A stretch of 64,000 nucleotides of DNA from an uncultured Candidatus Rokubacteria bacterium (GTDB lineage: Bacteria; Methylomirabilota; Methylomirabilia; Rokubacteriales; CSP1-6): contig CAVWFS010000010.1 in the NCBI GenBank assembly GCA_963754315.1, positions 32,001-96,000 of the forward strand, given 5' to 3'. Shown piece by piece: positions 1 to 9,638 of this stretch. Numbering within the stretch: position 1 is the stretch's first letter; every line of letters starts with the position of its first letter. Made by a program: the position numbers and the translations under genes. A model generated the notes under the pieces. That model made no database searches. It was not told where the DNA came from and saw nothing but the letters and a program-made list of their open reading frames with translations.

Positions 1-467
1 ACGAACCGGGGCCGCTCACGCCGACCGTGCGCGCGGTGCTCGAGCGCATCGCGGCCCACGACTTCGTGCTGGCCACCGGCCATCTGTCACGGGGAGAGGT
101 GCTGGCCCTCGTCGGTGCCGCCGTCACGGCAGGGATTCGCCGCATCGTGGTGACCCATGCCTTCTACCAGGCGACTGGGCTCAGCATTGACGACCAGGTG
201 GGGCTGGCTGCGCACCCGGCCGTCTGTCTCGAGTACTGCTGGAGCAACGTCGAGTTTGACCGGGTCCCGCTCGACCGTTACGTGGACGCAATCCGGGCTG
301 TCGGCCCCAGCCGCGCGCTGCTTAGTTCGGACTTGGGTCAGCCGTCGACGGAGACCATTACCGCCGGCCTGGGCGCCTTCCGCGCAAGCCTCGTGGCCCG
401 GGGCGTCCCCGAGGATCATGTCGCCGAGATGATGATCGCCAACCCCCACCGTCTGCTCGGACTGTGA
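1..467 (+). CDS. DUF6282-like / amidohydrolase-fold metal-dependent protein (5' partial)
   Basis: Motifs LATGHLS, RIVVTH, LSSDLGQ and MMIANP are typical of this TIM-barrel family. The frame appears open from the window start. Confidence 0.65.
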   Translation, partial: EPGPLTPTVRAVLERIAAHDFVLATGHLSRGEVLALVGAAVTAGIRRIVVTHAFYQATGLSIDDQVGLAAHPAVCLEYCWSNVEFDRVPLDRYVDAIRAVGPSRALLSSDLGQPSTETITAGLGAFRASLVARGVPEDHVAEMMIANPHRLLGL

Positions 468-489
468 GCACGATGCATCGGATGGAGCC

Positions 490-1809
490 GTGGAGATGAG
501 CGACAGCAAGAGCGCCGAACTTCTCGCGCAGGCCCGCCAGGTATTCGTCCGGAGCTTTGCCAGCGACTTCACATTGCCGGTCATCGCGCACGCCGAGGGC
601 GCGACCATTACCGATGTCGATGACCGCCAGTACCTCGATTTCAGCTCCGGCCAGATGTGCGCCACCGTCGGCCACAATCATCCCCGCATTGCCCACGCCG
701 TGCGCAGCGCCGCGGACCGCGCGCTCCACATCAACAGCGCGATGCTCAGCCCCGAGGTCGTAGCGCTGGGCCGACGGGTTGTCGAGCTCCTGCCGCGGCC
801 CCTGGAAAAGGTCTTCTTCCTGTCGACCGGCGGCGAGTCCAACGAGGCGGCGCTCAAGATCGCCAAGAAGGTCACTGGGCGGTACGAGGTCGTGGGCCTT
901 GCCCACTCGTTCCACGGATCGACGTCAGGGGCCGGCGCCTCCACGTTCATCCCGAGCCGTCGGACGGGCTACGGACCAACGTTGCCCGGGACGTTTGCGA
1001 TCCCGGTGCCCGACTGCTACCGCTGCCCGCTCGCCCTCACCTTCCCGTCCTGCGAGTACGCATGCGCGCGGGTAGGCTTCGATCTGGTCGACCGGCAATC
1101 CGTCGGCGCGCTGGCCGCCGTCATCGCCGAGCCTGTCCTCGGCACGGCCGGCTGCGTCGAGCCGCCGCCAGGATACTTCGGCGAGCTGCAGCGGCTGGCT
1201 CGCCAGCGCGAGATGCTGATGGTCTTTGACGAAGCTCAGACTGGCCTCGGCCGCACGGGTGATCTCTGGGGCAGCGACCGAGACGGGGTGGTCCCCGATC
1301 TCTTGACGATCTCCAAAACCCTCGGGGGCGGCATTCCGCTGGCGGCGACGGCCACGACGGCCGCCATCGAGGAGAAGGCGTACCGCGAAGGCTTCTTTTT
1401 CTTCACCTCGCACCTGAACGAGCCCCTGCCGGCGGCGGTTGGCCTGGCCGTGCTGGACGTCATCGCCGAGGAGAAGCTTGTCGACGCCGCCCGCCTCAAG
1501 GGCGCCTATTTGAAGAACGGTCTTCTGGCCCTCAAGGATCGCTACGAGATCATCGGCGATGTGCGCGGGCGCGGTTTGCTGATGGGGGTCGACTTTGTTA
1601 CGGATCGTCAGAGTAAGCGGCCGGCCGAGCGCGAGGCCGAGGCGATCACCCGCGAGTGCTTGCGACGGGGGCTCTTCCTGGCCGCCACCCGCCAGGCGGG
1701 CCGCTACTGGGTGTGGCGCGTGGCGCCGCCGCTGACCATCTCCCACGCCGAGATCGACCGCGCACTCGAGATCATCGACGCTGCGATTCGCACCGTGGGG
1801 GCCGGCTGA
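490..1809 (+). CDS. Class III PLP aminotransferase, 2,2-dialkylglycine decarboxylase-like
   Basis: DFSSGQM..GHNHP, FDEAQTGLGRTG, SKTLGGG (PLP lysine) and FFTSHLNEPLPAAVGL. ATG at 496 is an alternative start. Confidence 0.85.
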   Translation: MEMSDSKSAELLAQARQVFVRSFASDFTLPVIAHAEGATITDVDDRQYLDFSSGQMCATVGHNHPRIAHAVRSAADRALHINSAMLSPEVVALGRRVVELLPRPLEKVFFLSTGGESNEAALKIAKKVTGRYEVVGLAHSFHGSTSGAGASTFIPSRRTGYGPTLPGTFAIPVPDCYRCPLALTFPSCEYACARVGFDLVDRQSVGALAAVIAEPVLGTAGCVEPPPGYFGELQRLARQREMLMVFDEAQTGLGRTGDLWGSDRDGVVPDLLTISKTLGGGIPLAATATTAAIEEKAYREGFFFFTSHLNEPLPAAVGLAVLDVIAEEKLVDAARLKGAYLKNGLLALKDRYEIIGDVRGRGLLMGVDFVTDRQSKRPAEREAEAITRECLRRGLFLAATRQAGRYWVWRVAPPLTISHAEIDRALEIIDAAIRTVGAG

Positions 1810-1996
1810 GAGAGCCGCCCTTTGTCTGTCTCTGGGGGAAGGAGGGGGAGAAGGGCGGTCGACCGGCAGGATCCTAGGGGGGGAAGGACCCTCCAGGAGG
1901 AGGGCGGGGTTCGTACGAAGCTTAGGCCGCGTCGTCGTTCGCTTGTAGACGTAGAGCTGGCCGTCGGACCGACAGATCACCACTTGGAGGATCAAC

Positions 1997-4144
1997 ATGC
2001 ACAGGATAAGTGCGTTGTACCTGGGCGCGGCGCTCCTCGCCACTGCCGCACTCGTGACCGCTCCTGGCGGGCTCCCCGCTCAGCAGGCGGCGCAGGTGGC
2101 CATCGATAGCGACGATATCGGCGGCGTCGTGCGCAGCCCGAGGCCGGAAGCCGGGGTGTGGGTGATCGCGGAGACGACCGACCTTCCGACCAAGTACGCC
2201 AAAATGGTCGCTACCGACGACCAGGGGCGCTACGTCATTCCTGACCTGCCGGCAGCGAACTACAGCGTCTGGGTGCGCGGTTACGGGCTGGTGGATTCGC
2301 CCAAGGTGCGCGCAAAGCCCGGCGAGCAACTCAATCTTACCGCGATTCCGGCGCCGGACGAGCGGGCGGCGGCGCACTATTATCCGGCGATCTACTGGTA
2401 CACGATGATGAAGATGCCGCCGGCGAAGGATTTCGGTGGCACGAGCGACATCCCGAAGAACATCACCCAGGACATCTGGCGCCAGCGGATGAACAACGTC
2501 GACTGCATCGGCTGCCACCAGCTGGGTCAGGAAGCGACACGGACCATCCCGGCCCAGCTTGGCCAATTCAAGTCGGGGGCGGAAGCGTGGATGCGCCGCA
2601 TCGCCTCCGGGCAAACGGGCGAGCTCATGATGAACCGCATCGCCGTGCAGCTCGGTGGGGTGCCGGTCAAGTATCTCGGCGACTGGACCGACCGCATCGC
2701 CAAGGGCGAGCTGCCCAAGCACAAGCCGCCGCGGCCGCAGGGCGTCGAGCGCAACGTCGTCGTGACCTCGTGGGAATGGGGGACGGAGAAGCACTATCTG
2801 CACGACCTCATCTCCTCGGACCGGCGCTTCCCGACCGTCAATGCCTACGGTCCGCTCTACGGATCGCCCGAATACGCAACCGACGACATGCCGATCCTCG
2901 ATCCCAAGACGCACACGGTGACGTTCTTCAAGATGCCGGTCGCGGATCCCAACGCTCCCGAATCGCTCGGACCACCCTTGCATGGCTCAGCCGTCATGAA
3001 GCCGATGCAACCGTCGCCCTACTGGGGTGAGGAGAAAATCTGGAGCCAGCGGGCCAACAACCACAACGGCATGTTCGACAGGAAGGGCCGGGTGTGGTTT
3101 GCCGCGGCCGTACGCGGCATCGAGAATCCTGCCTTCTGCCGGAAGGGCTCGGATCATCCCTCGGCCAAGGTGTTCCCGCTCGACCGATCGGGACGCCAGG
3201 TGTCGATCCTCGATCCCAAGACAATGAAGTACAGCTTCGTCGACACTTGCTTCGGCACCCATCACCCGCAGTTCGGCTATGACGCCGACGACACGCTGTG
3301 GCTCTCGGGCACCGGCCCGGTGGCCGGCTGGGTCAACACCAAGGCGTTGGACGAGACCGGCGATGCGGTGAAGGCGCAGGGTTGGCACCCGTTCGTGCTC
3401 GACACCAACGGCAACGGCAAGGTCGACGAATGGACCGAGCCGGGCCAGCCCGCGCAAGGGGGCAAGGACATGCGGATCGCGGGCTCGGGTCCCTACGCCG
3501 TGATGCCACATCGCACCGACGGCTCGGTCTGGTACACCTTCAACGTATTCGCCGGCGTCCCCGGCTTCGTGCGCTTCGACCCCAAGACCAACCTCTCCGA
3601 GTTCTACGCCATTCCGGAGGAAGGCATCGGGGTGCGCGGCGGCGACATCGACAAGAACGGCGTGCTGTGGGGGTCGGGCTCGAACGGCAGCCTGATCAGC
3701 TTCGACAGGCGTAAGTGTAAGGGGCCGCTCAATGGACCCACGGCGACCGGCAACCACTGCCCCGAAGGGTTTGCGTTCCACAAGTATCCGGGCCCGGGTT
3801 TTGACGGCTTCGAGAACACCAGCGCCGAGGCGAGCTATTACACCTGGGTCGATCACCACAACACGGTGGGCCTGGGCGACAATATTCCGATCTCGACCGC
3901 CAACCTCCAGGACGGCTTTGTGGCCTTCAAGGACGGGCGGATGATCCTGATGCGGGTGCCCTACCCGATGGGCTTCTACGCCAAGGGTCTGGACGGGCGC
4001 ATCGATGATGCAAACGCCGGCTGGAAGGGCCGCGGGCTCTGGAGTACGAGCGGCGACCGCACGCCGTGGCTGATGGAAGGCGGCAAGGGCGCAAAGCCCC
4101 GTGCCGTGCACATTCAGGTGCGGCCCGATCCGCTGGCGAAGTGA
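1997..4144 (+). CDS. Secreted 715-aa protein with carboxypeptidase-regulatory-like N-domain and one c-type heme motif
   Basis: GGAGG RBS, signal peptide, EAGVWVIAETTDLPT..TDDQGRYVIPDLP..YSVWVRGYGLVDS, CIGCH, and Ca-binding-like DTNGNGKVDE. Confidence 0.8.
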   Translation: MHRISALYLGAALLATAALVTAPGGLPAQQAAQVAIDSDDIGGVVRSPRPEAGVWVIAETTDLPTKYAKMVATDDQGRYVIPDLPAANYSVWVRGYGLVDSPKVRAKPGEQLNLTAIPAPDERAAAHYYPAIYWYTMMKMPPAKDFGGTSDIPKNITQDIWRQRMNNVDCIGCHQLGQEATRTIPAQLGQFKSGAEAWMRRIASGQTGELMMNRIAVQLGGVPVKYLGDWTDRIAKGELPKHKPPRPQGVERNVVVTSWEWGTEKHYLHDLISSDRRFPTVNAYGPLYGSPEYATDDMPILDPKTHTVTFFKMPVADPNAPESLGPPLHGSAVMKPMQPSPYWGEEKIWSQRANNHNGMFDRKGRVWFAAAVRGIENPAFCRKGSDHPSAKVFPLDRSGRQVSILDPKTMKYSFVDTCFGTHHPQFGYDADDTLWLSGTGPVAGWVNTKALDETGDAVKAQGWHPFVLDTNGNGKVDEWTEPGQPAQGGKDMRIAGSGPYAVMPHRTDGSVWYTFNVFAGVPGFVRFDPKTNLSEFYAIPEEGIGVRGGDIDKNGVLWGSGSNGSLISFDRRKCKGPLNGPTATGNHCPEGFAFHKYPGPGFDGFENTSAEASYYTWVDHHNTVGLGDNIPISTANLQDGFVAFKDGRMILMRVPYPMGFYAKGLDGRIDDANAGWKGRGLWSTSGDRTPWLMEGGKGAKPRAVHIQVRPDPLAK

Positions 4145-4152
4145 GGTCAGGA

Positions 4153-4170
4153 GGGGGCTCCGAGGCCCCC
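4153..4170. repeat. GC hairpin GGGGGCT-CCGA-GGCCCCC just after the stop codon (REP-like or terminator)
   Basis: Inverted repeat read directly. Similar G5C..GC5 stems occur at 45572 and 52592. Confidence 0.5.
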
Positions 4171-4249
4171 CGATGATCTAGCGCCCGGTATAGGCCCCCG
4201 CCTGGATCAGCGGCGCGAGCCGCACGGCCGGGTCGAGCGGGTTGTTCTG

Positions 4250-4436
4250 GCGAGCGGCCCGACGTGTGAAATTCACCAACGTACTGTGGCCGAACGAGCC
4301 CTTCACCCCGCGCGGGATCATCACCGGCCGTCGTGTCGAGGGCGACCAGACGCGCGCCGAGGTCACGGTCTTCTGTGAGAAAGCGGACGGAACCAAGGTC
4401 ATCGTGGCCAACGCGAGCGCCCTCGAAGGCTCTTGA
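4250..4436 (+). pseudogene. 3' remnant of a MaoC/hot-dog-fold dehydratase gene
   Basis: VKFTNVLWPNEPFTPRGIITG..AEVTVFCEKADGTKVIVANASA resembles a MaoC C-terminal half. No N-terminus or RBS is present. Confidence 0.5.
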
Positions 4437-4466
4437 CGCGGTAACGGCGAGCGCAGACTCCTCCGC

Positions 4467-5729
4467 TCAGGCCGCCCCTCGGCCCAGGCGCCGGGGAAGA
4501 AACGCCGTCAGGAGCCCCAACGAGAGCAGGAACGGGGTCAGCCGGTACACCGTCGAAATACTGGTGAGGTCGGCCAGTCGCCCCAGGGCCGCGGCCCCCA
4601 GCCCGGCGAGACCGAACGCGAGGCCGTAGAACATGCCGGCGGTTAGGCCCACCCGACCGGGCAGCAGATCCTGGGCGTAGACGAGGATAGCCGAGAAGGA
4701 CGAGGCCATGATCATGGCGATCAGCACGGCCAGGACGCCCGTCCAGAAGAGGTTGGCGTAGGGCAGGATCAGCGCGAAGGGCAAGGCCCCCAGGATCGAG
4801 AACCACATCACGGGAATGCGTCCAACCCGATCGCCGACGGCCCCGCCGGCGATGGTGCCAGCCACGATGCCGACCAGGAAGGCGAAGAGGTACAGCTGGG
4901 CAGTCTGCACCGGGAGGTGGAACCGGTCCATCAGATAGAGCGTGTAGTACGAGCTGAGGCTGGCGCTGTAGACGTTCTTCGAGAACAGCAGGGCCACCAG
5001 GACGCCCACCGCCGTCGCCACCCGCCAGCGGGGCAGCGCGCTCTCTCGCGGCGTCGCCACCCCGGTCCGGGCCGGAGTCGACGCCAGGCGGCTCGGCCCA
5101 CGATGGCGCGCGTACCAGCCCGCCACCTGCAGCAGCACCACCATGGCCACCAGCGCGGCCAGGGCGAACCAGGCGATGCTCGACTGGCCGCGCGGCACTA
5201 CCACGAAGGCCGCGATCAACGGGCCCGAGGCCGAGCCCACGTTGCCACCCACCTGGAAGAGCGACTGGGCGAGGCCGTACCGTCCGCCGGCTGCCATGCG
5301 GGCCACCCGCGACGCTTCGGGGTGGAACACCGACGAGCCAATTCCGATCAACGCTGCTGCCACCAGGATTGCTGGATAGGAGGCCGCCCGCGACATCGCC
5401 ACCAGCCCCACCAGCGTGAACCCGATGCCGACCGTCAGCGAGTAGGGCTGAGGGCGTCGGTCGGTATAGAAGCCCACCACGGGCTGGAGTATCGAGGCCG
5501 TGCACTGGACGGTCAGGGTGATTACGCCGATCTGGGCGAAGCTGAGACCATACGACGTTTTCAGGATGGGATAGAGCGCGGGCACCAGCGACTGCATCAG
5601 GTCGTTGAGCAGGTGACAGAAGCTCAGCGACAAGATGATGGAGAAGGTCGTGACCTCGGCGATGGTGCGATGGTGTACGGCGGCGCTCGGGTGGGAAACT
5701 CCTGTGGTGGCTTGCGCGCGATTGCTCAC
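4467..5729 (-). CDS. fsr: MFS transporter, fosmidomycin-resistance (Fsr) family
   Basis: HLLNDLMQS, ASILQPVVG, GSSVFHPEASRVARMA, AQSLFQVGGNVGSASGP and about 12 TM segments. Confidence 0.88.
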   Translation of the reverse strand: MSNRAQATTGVSHPSAAVHHRTIAEVTTFSIILSLSFCHLLNDLMQSLVPALYPILKTSYGLSFAQIGVITLTVQCTASILQPVVGFYTDRRPQPYSLTVGIGFTLVGLVAMSRAASYPAILVAAALIGIGSSVFHPEASRVARMAAGGRYGLAQSLFQVGGNVGSASGPLIAAFVVVPRGQSSIAWFALAALVAMVVLLQVAGWYARHRGPSRLASTPARTGVATPRESALPRWRVATAVGVLVALLFSKNVYSASLSSYYTLYLMDRFHLPVQTAQLYLFAFLVGIVAGTIAGGAVGDRVGRIPVMWFSILGALPFALILPYANLFWTGVLAVLIAMIMASSFSAILVYAQDLLPGRVGLTAGMFYGLAFGLAGLGAAALGRLADLTSISTVYRLTPFLLSLGLLTAFLPRRLGRGAA

Positions 5730-5768
5730 CGAGCCAGGATACCAGCCCTCGTCTCGGGTCGTAGGGCA

Positions 5769-7565
5769 CTACGCCTTGTACCAGTACGGCAAGCGCCAGA
5801 AGGTGGTATCCCAGCCCGAGAGATCCATACCCTGGAGCCGGAGCGACGACGCCGACACACCGTTCCTCCACAGCGCCGGAATGACCACCACGTGCTGGGT
5901 CAGGAGGTCATTCATCCTGATGAAAAAGGCAGCGCGCTTCACGGGATCCAGCTCAGCATCGGCCGCCTCGTAGATCCGGTCGTACTCGTCGTTGCGCCAG
6001 CGGGTGACATTGCGCCCTTGCCACTTGTTCGCCCTGGAGGCGACTTCCGACGAGAGGAACGCGCGCATGAACCAGGCGGGATCAGGGGCGGTGGGGCTCA
6101 CCGTGTACATCTGGAGGTCCGCGTAGAAATGAGGGTAGTTGTCAGGATTGGCGGCATCCGAGCCAAAGAAGACGGAGGCCACGACAGACTTGATCTCGAT
6201 CTCGATGCCGGCCTTGGCGCAGGCCTGCTTCACGATGGCCTGGGTCTTCTGGCGGGGCGCGTTGGTGGCCGTCTGGAAGAGGAGTTTCAGCTTCTTACCG
6301 TCCTTGGCGCGAAGCCCGTCGGCTCCGCGCCTCCAGCCGGCAGCCTCGAGGATCGCGTTGGCCTTGTCGACATTGAACTCCCACCGCGTGTGCTCCGAGC
6401 GGAAGCGCGCCGGGGCATTGAGGAAGTTGGCAGTGGTCTGGCCCTGGCGGCCGTAGATCTGCTCCTGCACCGCGGCTCGATCCACCAAGAGATTGAGGGC
6501 CTGCCGGACGGCGGCATCGGAGAGGAGCGGATGCGTCGTTTTGATGCTGGAGCGCTCGCCGTCGACCTCGGTCCAGGGGTCGGTGAAGTTGCACTGCACG
6601 TGCTCGATGCCGCCAGTGACCCAAAGGTTGACACGCCCTTTTCCCGACTGCTCCAGGCGAAGCAGGATGTCGTCCTCAACCTGCATGTTCCAGGCGTAGT
6701 CGAACTCCCCCGTCTGGAGCACGGCTCGTGCTGCGGACACGGCGTCGCCGCCGCCTTTCATCTCCAGCGAATCGAAGAAGGGCCGATTGGGCACGTGGTA
6801 GTTTGAGTTCAGCTCGCCGCGCACGATGTCGCCGGGCTTGAAGTCCACGAAGCGATACGACCCGGTGCCGACGGGTTTGAGGTTGGCGGGAGCCTCACGC
6901 GACTTCGCGCCCGTGAACGGCTCGAAGACGTGCTTCGGGATGACTTGCCCGCGGTTGCCGCAGAAGGCGTCGGCCCAGAAGGGCTGGGGCTTCTTGAAGA
7001 CCACCTTGACGGTGTGGCTATCGAGCTTGTCGACCCGGCTGATCTCGCGGTACGAGCCGCTGGTCACGGCGGCGGTGGCGGGGTCGGAGACATAGTCATA
7101 GTTGAAGACCACATCGTCGGCGGTAAAGGGCTTGCCGTCGTGCCAGGTCACGTTGCGCTTGAGGCGCCAGGTCACCGAGGCGAGGTCCTTGGCCAGCAGG
7201 CCGTTCTGCACGCTCGGGACCTCCGCCGCGAGCACCGGCGTCAGATTGCCCTCGGGATCGTAGGCGGCGAGCGGCTCGTAGAAGATGCGGCAGGCGTCGA
7301 TGTCCTTGGTGCCCGTCGCGAAATGTGGATTGAGCAAGGTTGGCGCCTGCCACCACAGGACACGGAGGGGACCGCCGCCTCCTCGCCGGGTTGGCGTGAA
7401 GGTCGGTGCCTTGGGCTGAGCGTGAGCCACTCCTGACGAGGCCAGCATCTGAACGGCGAGGGGGGCGGTGAGGCCAAGCCCCACGATGGACTGCACGAAG
7501 GCGCGCCGGGTGGCGCGGCCCGCCTTGACGTCGGCGATCATATCGCGAAGGACATGCTCGTCCAT
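5769..7565 (-). CDS. Peptide/nickel ABC substrate-binding protein (family 5), Tat-like leader
   Basis: TRRAF leader, WWQAPTLLNPH, WHDGKPFTADDVVF, PVGTG and a GGAGG RBS. No cognate permeases are adjacent. Confidence 0.9.
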   Translation of the reverse strand: MDEHVLRDMIADVKAGRATRRAFVQSIVGLGLTAPLAVQMLASSGVAHAQPKAPTFTPTRRGGGGPLRVLWWQAPTLLNPHFATGTKDIDACRIFYEPLAAYDPEGNLTPVLAAEVPSVQNGLLAKDLASVTWRLKRNVTWHDGKPFTADDVVFNYDYVSDPATAAVTSGSYREISRVDKLDSHTVKVVFKKPQPFWADAFCGNRGQVIPKHVFEPFTGAKSREAPANLKPVGTGSYRFVDFKPGDIVRGELNSNYHVPNRPFFDSLEMKGGGDAVSAARAVLQTGEFDYAWNMQVEDDILLRLEQSGKGRVNLWVTGGIEHVQCNFTDPWTEVDGERSSIKTTHPLLSDAAVRQALNLLVDRAAVQEQIYGRQGQTTANFLNAPARFRSEHTRWEFNVDKANAILEAAGWRRGADGLRAKDGKKLKLLFQTATNAPRQKTQAIVKQACAKAGIEIEIKSVVASVFFGSDAANPDNYPHFYADLQMYTVSPTAPDPAWFMRAFLSSEVASRANKWQGRNVTRWRNDEYDRIYEAADAELDPVKRAAFFIRMNDLLTQHVVVIPALWRNGVSASSLRLQGMDLSGWDTTFWRLPYWYKA

Positions 7566-7594
7566 GGCAACCTCCATTGGCTGTCGCAACGTGG

Positions 7595-9532
7595 TCAGCC
7601 GCCCGGCGGACTACCGGGCGGAAGCAACCCGTCAAGGGTATCCTGCACTGCGCGGCTGAGCGCTTCTGGCGTGAAAGGCTTGGCGAGGAACGCCGCCCCC
7701 GAGCCGGGTACTCCGTGATCGGCGAGGACATCGTCGGTGTAGCCTGACATGTAGAGCACTCGCATGTATGGCTGGCCGCGCGTGAGACGATCCGCAAGCT
7801 CTGGGCCACTCAGCTCGGGCATGATGACGTCGGTGAGCAGAAGGTCGATCTCGTCGTGGTTTTGTTCAGCCAGGGCCTGGGCCTCGGCGGGCGTGGCCGC
7901 CGCCAGCACGCGATAGCCACATCTGACAAGGGCTTCCTTGGCGAGATCGCGAACGGCGGGCTCGTCCTCCACTAACAAGATGCGAGCCGAGCCGCCAGCG
8001 AACGGCCGTGGCCGTTCGATCTCCTCGAACTCTACGGCGTCTGGTCGCAGCGGTAGATAGACCTTGACCGTGGTGCCCTGGCCCGGCGCGCTGGTCACCG
8101 CAATGTCGCCCCCGTGCTGCTTCACGATTCCGTAGACGGTCGCGAGGCCTAGCCCGTTGCCCTTACCAACGGCCTTGGTGGTGAAGAAGGGCTCGAACAG
8201 GTGGGCTTGGACATCGGCGCTCATTCCACAGCCGGTGTCGCTGACCTCGAGCACCCCACGGGGATCCTCGCTCTGCGTCGCGATCGTGATCCGTCCGCCC
8301 CGGGACGTCGCATCCCGCGAGTTCAGCACGAGGTTGATGATGACCTGTTCGATCTGGGTGGGATCGCTCTTCACCAGTACCGGTCTGAGATCAAGGGCTG
8401 TGACGAGATCGAGCGTTTCCCCCACCAGCGGTCGGAGGAGCTCCACCATCCCTGCCACGACCCGGTTCAAGTCCACCACACGTTGCTGGAGGACCTGCTT
8501 GCGGCTGAAGGCGAGAAGCTGCCGGGTGAGGGTGGCCGCGCGCTCGCCGGCCTTCGCGATGAGCGCGAGATTGTCGGAGCCGGCATGGGACGACGGGAGC
8601 ACACCAGTGAGCAGTTCGGTGCGGCCGATGATGACGGTGAGGAGGTTGTTGAACTCGTGCGCGATCCCTCCCGCAAGCCGGCCGATGCCTTCGATCCGCT
8701 GGGAGCGCTGGAGCTGCTCCTCTTGCTGGCGCACCGTCGCTTCGGCTCGGCGGCGCTCGGTGATATCGACCAGCGTGCCGAGGATGGCCGGCGCTCCTTC
8801 CCACGACACGACGGAGGGCTGAATCTCGATCCAGAGGCGTACGCCGTCCGGGCGCAGGATCTGGATCTCGTATCGTGGTGGCGCGGGCTCTCCCCGCAGC
8901 CGGGCTGCGGCAAACCGTTCGGCGAGCCGTACATGGTCCGGCTCGATGAAGCGCCGGACGTCGAGCCCGATCAGCTCGGCTGGACTTGCGTATCCGAGCA
9001 TGGTTGCGAAGGCGGAATTGGCAAAGAGGACGATCCAGTCCCGCTGGACGACAATCCCCTGAATCGATCCCTCGATCAACAACCGATAGCGCTCCTCGCT
9101 CGCCCGAAGAAGAGCCTCCGCTCGCTTGCGTTCGGTGATGTCCAGGATGGTCCCCACGAGCCCGCCGAGCGCTCCGTCGGGTCCGAGGAACGTCGCCTTG
9201 TAGAAGGTGACGTCGCGGCGGACGCCGTCCGCGTACGCCACATTCGTTTCGTAGGTCTGGACGCCTGGCTTATCGAACAGTGCCTGGTCGGCGCGATAGT
9301 AAACGTCGGCAAGATCTCTGGGCGAGATGTCGTAGACCGACTTTCCGACGATCTGCTCCCGGGAAAGCCCGAGATACTGCTCGAAGGCGACATTGCAGCC
9401 GAGGTAGATCCCTTTGGCGTCCTTGTAGAAAATCGGGGCGGGGATCGCGTCGAGCAGCACCTGCAGTGAGCGGAGCTGTGCGCGGAGCGCCTCCGTGGAG
9501 CGTACCGTCCGCTTCTTTTCTGGCCGCGCCAT
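7595..9532 (-). CDS. Cytoplasmic hybrid histidine kinase (PAS-PAS-HisKA-HATPase-REC)
   Basis: Two PAS/PAC domains (DITERKRAE, DITERRRAE), LAGGIAHEFNNLL, FEPFFTTK..G.GLGL, and receiver LLVEDE..LLLTDVIMP. Confidence 0.92.
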   Translation of the reverse strand: MARPEKKRTVRSTEALRAQLRSLQVLLDAIPAPIFYKDAKGIYLGCNVAFEQYLGLSREQIVGKSVYDISPRDLADVYYRADQALFDKPGVQTYETNVAYADGVRRDVTFYKATFLGPDGALGGLVGTILDITERKRAEALLRASEERYRLLIEGSIQGIVVQRDWIVLFANSAFATMLGYASPAELIGLDVRRFIEPDHVRLAERFAAARLRGEPAPPRYEIQILRPDGVRLWIEIQPSVVSWEGAPAILGTLVDITERRRAEATVRQQEEQLQRSQRIEGIGRLAGGIAHEFNNLLTVIIGRTELLTGVLPSSHAGSDNLALIAKAGERAATLTRQLLAFSRKQVLQQRVVDLNRVVAGMVELLRPLVGETLDLVTALDLRPVLVKSDPTQIEQVIINLVLNSRDATSRGGRITIATQSEDPRGVLEVSDTGCGMSADVQAHLFEPFFTTKAVGKGNGLGLATVYGIVKQHGGDIAVTSAPGQGTTVKVYLPLRPDAVEFEEIERPRPFAGGSARILLVEDEPAVRDLAKEALVRCGYRVLAAATPAEAQALAEQNHDEIDLLLTDVIMPELSGPELADRLTRGQPYMRVLYMSGYTDDVLADHGVPGSGAAFLAKPFTPEALSRAVQDTLDGLLPPGSPPGG

Positions 9533-9638
9533 CTGTATCGTTCCCTCTCCCGAGGGAGTACGGAACCCGAGGTCCTCCGCCGTGGATCGTCAGGGTGAGC
9601 GCCTGCTCGGCCGATGGTGCCCCGGCCTGGGGAGCCCG

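Noticed and set aside
1810..1910. G-rich purine tract with GCCGCCCTT/AAGGGCGG arms (G-quadruplex or ncRNA)
   Set aside because: It is compatible with a degenerate terminator or repeat, and nothing specific supports a function.
4917..6806. Long antisense ORFs (also 13658-15934, 34130-36499, 46698-48314, 51022-52566)
   Set aside because: These are shadow ORFs expected opposite real genes in high-GC DNA, with no recognisable motifs.
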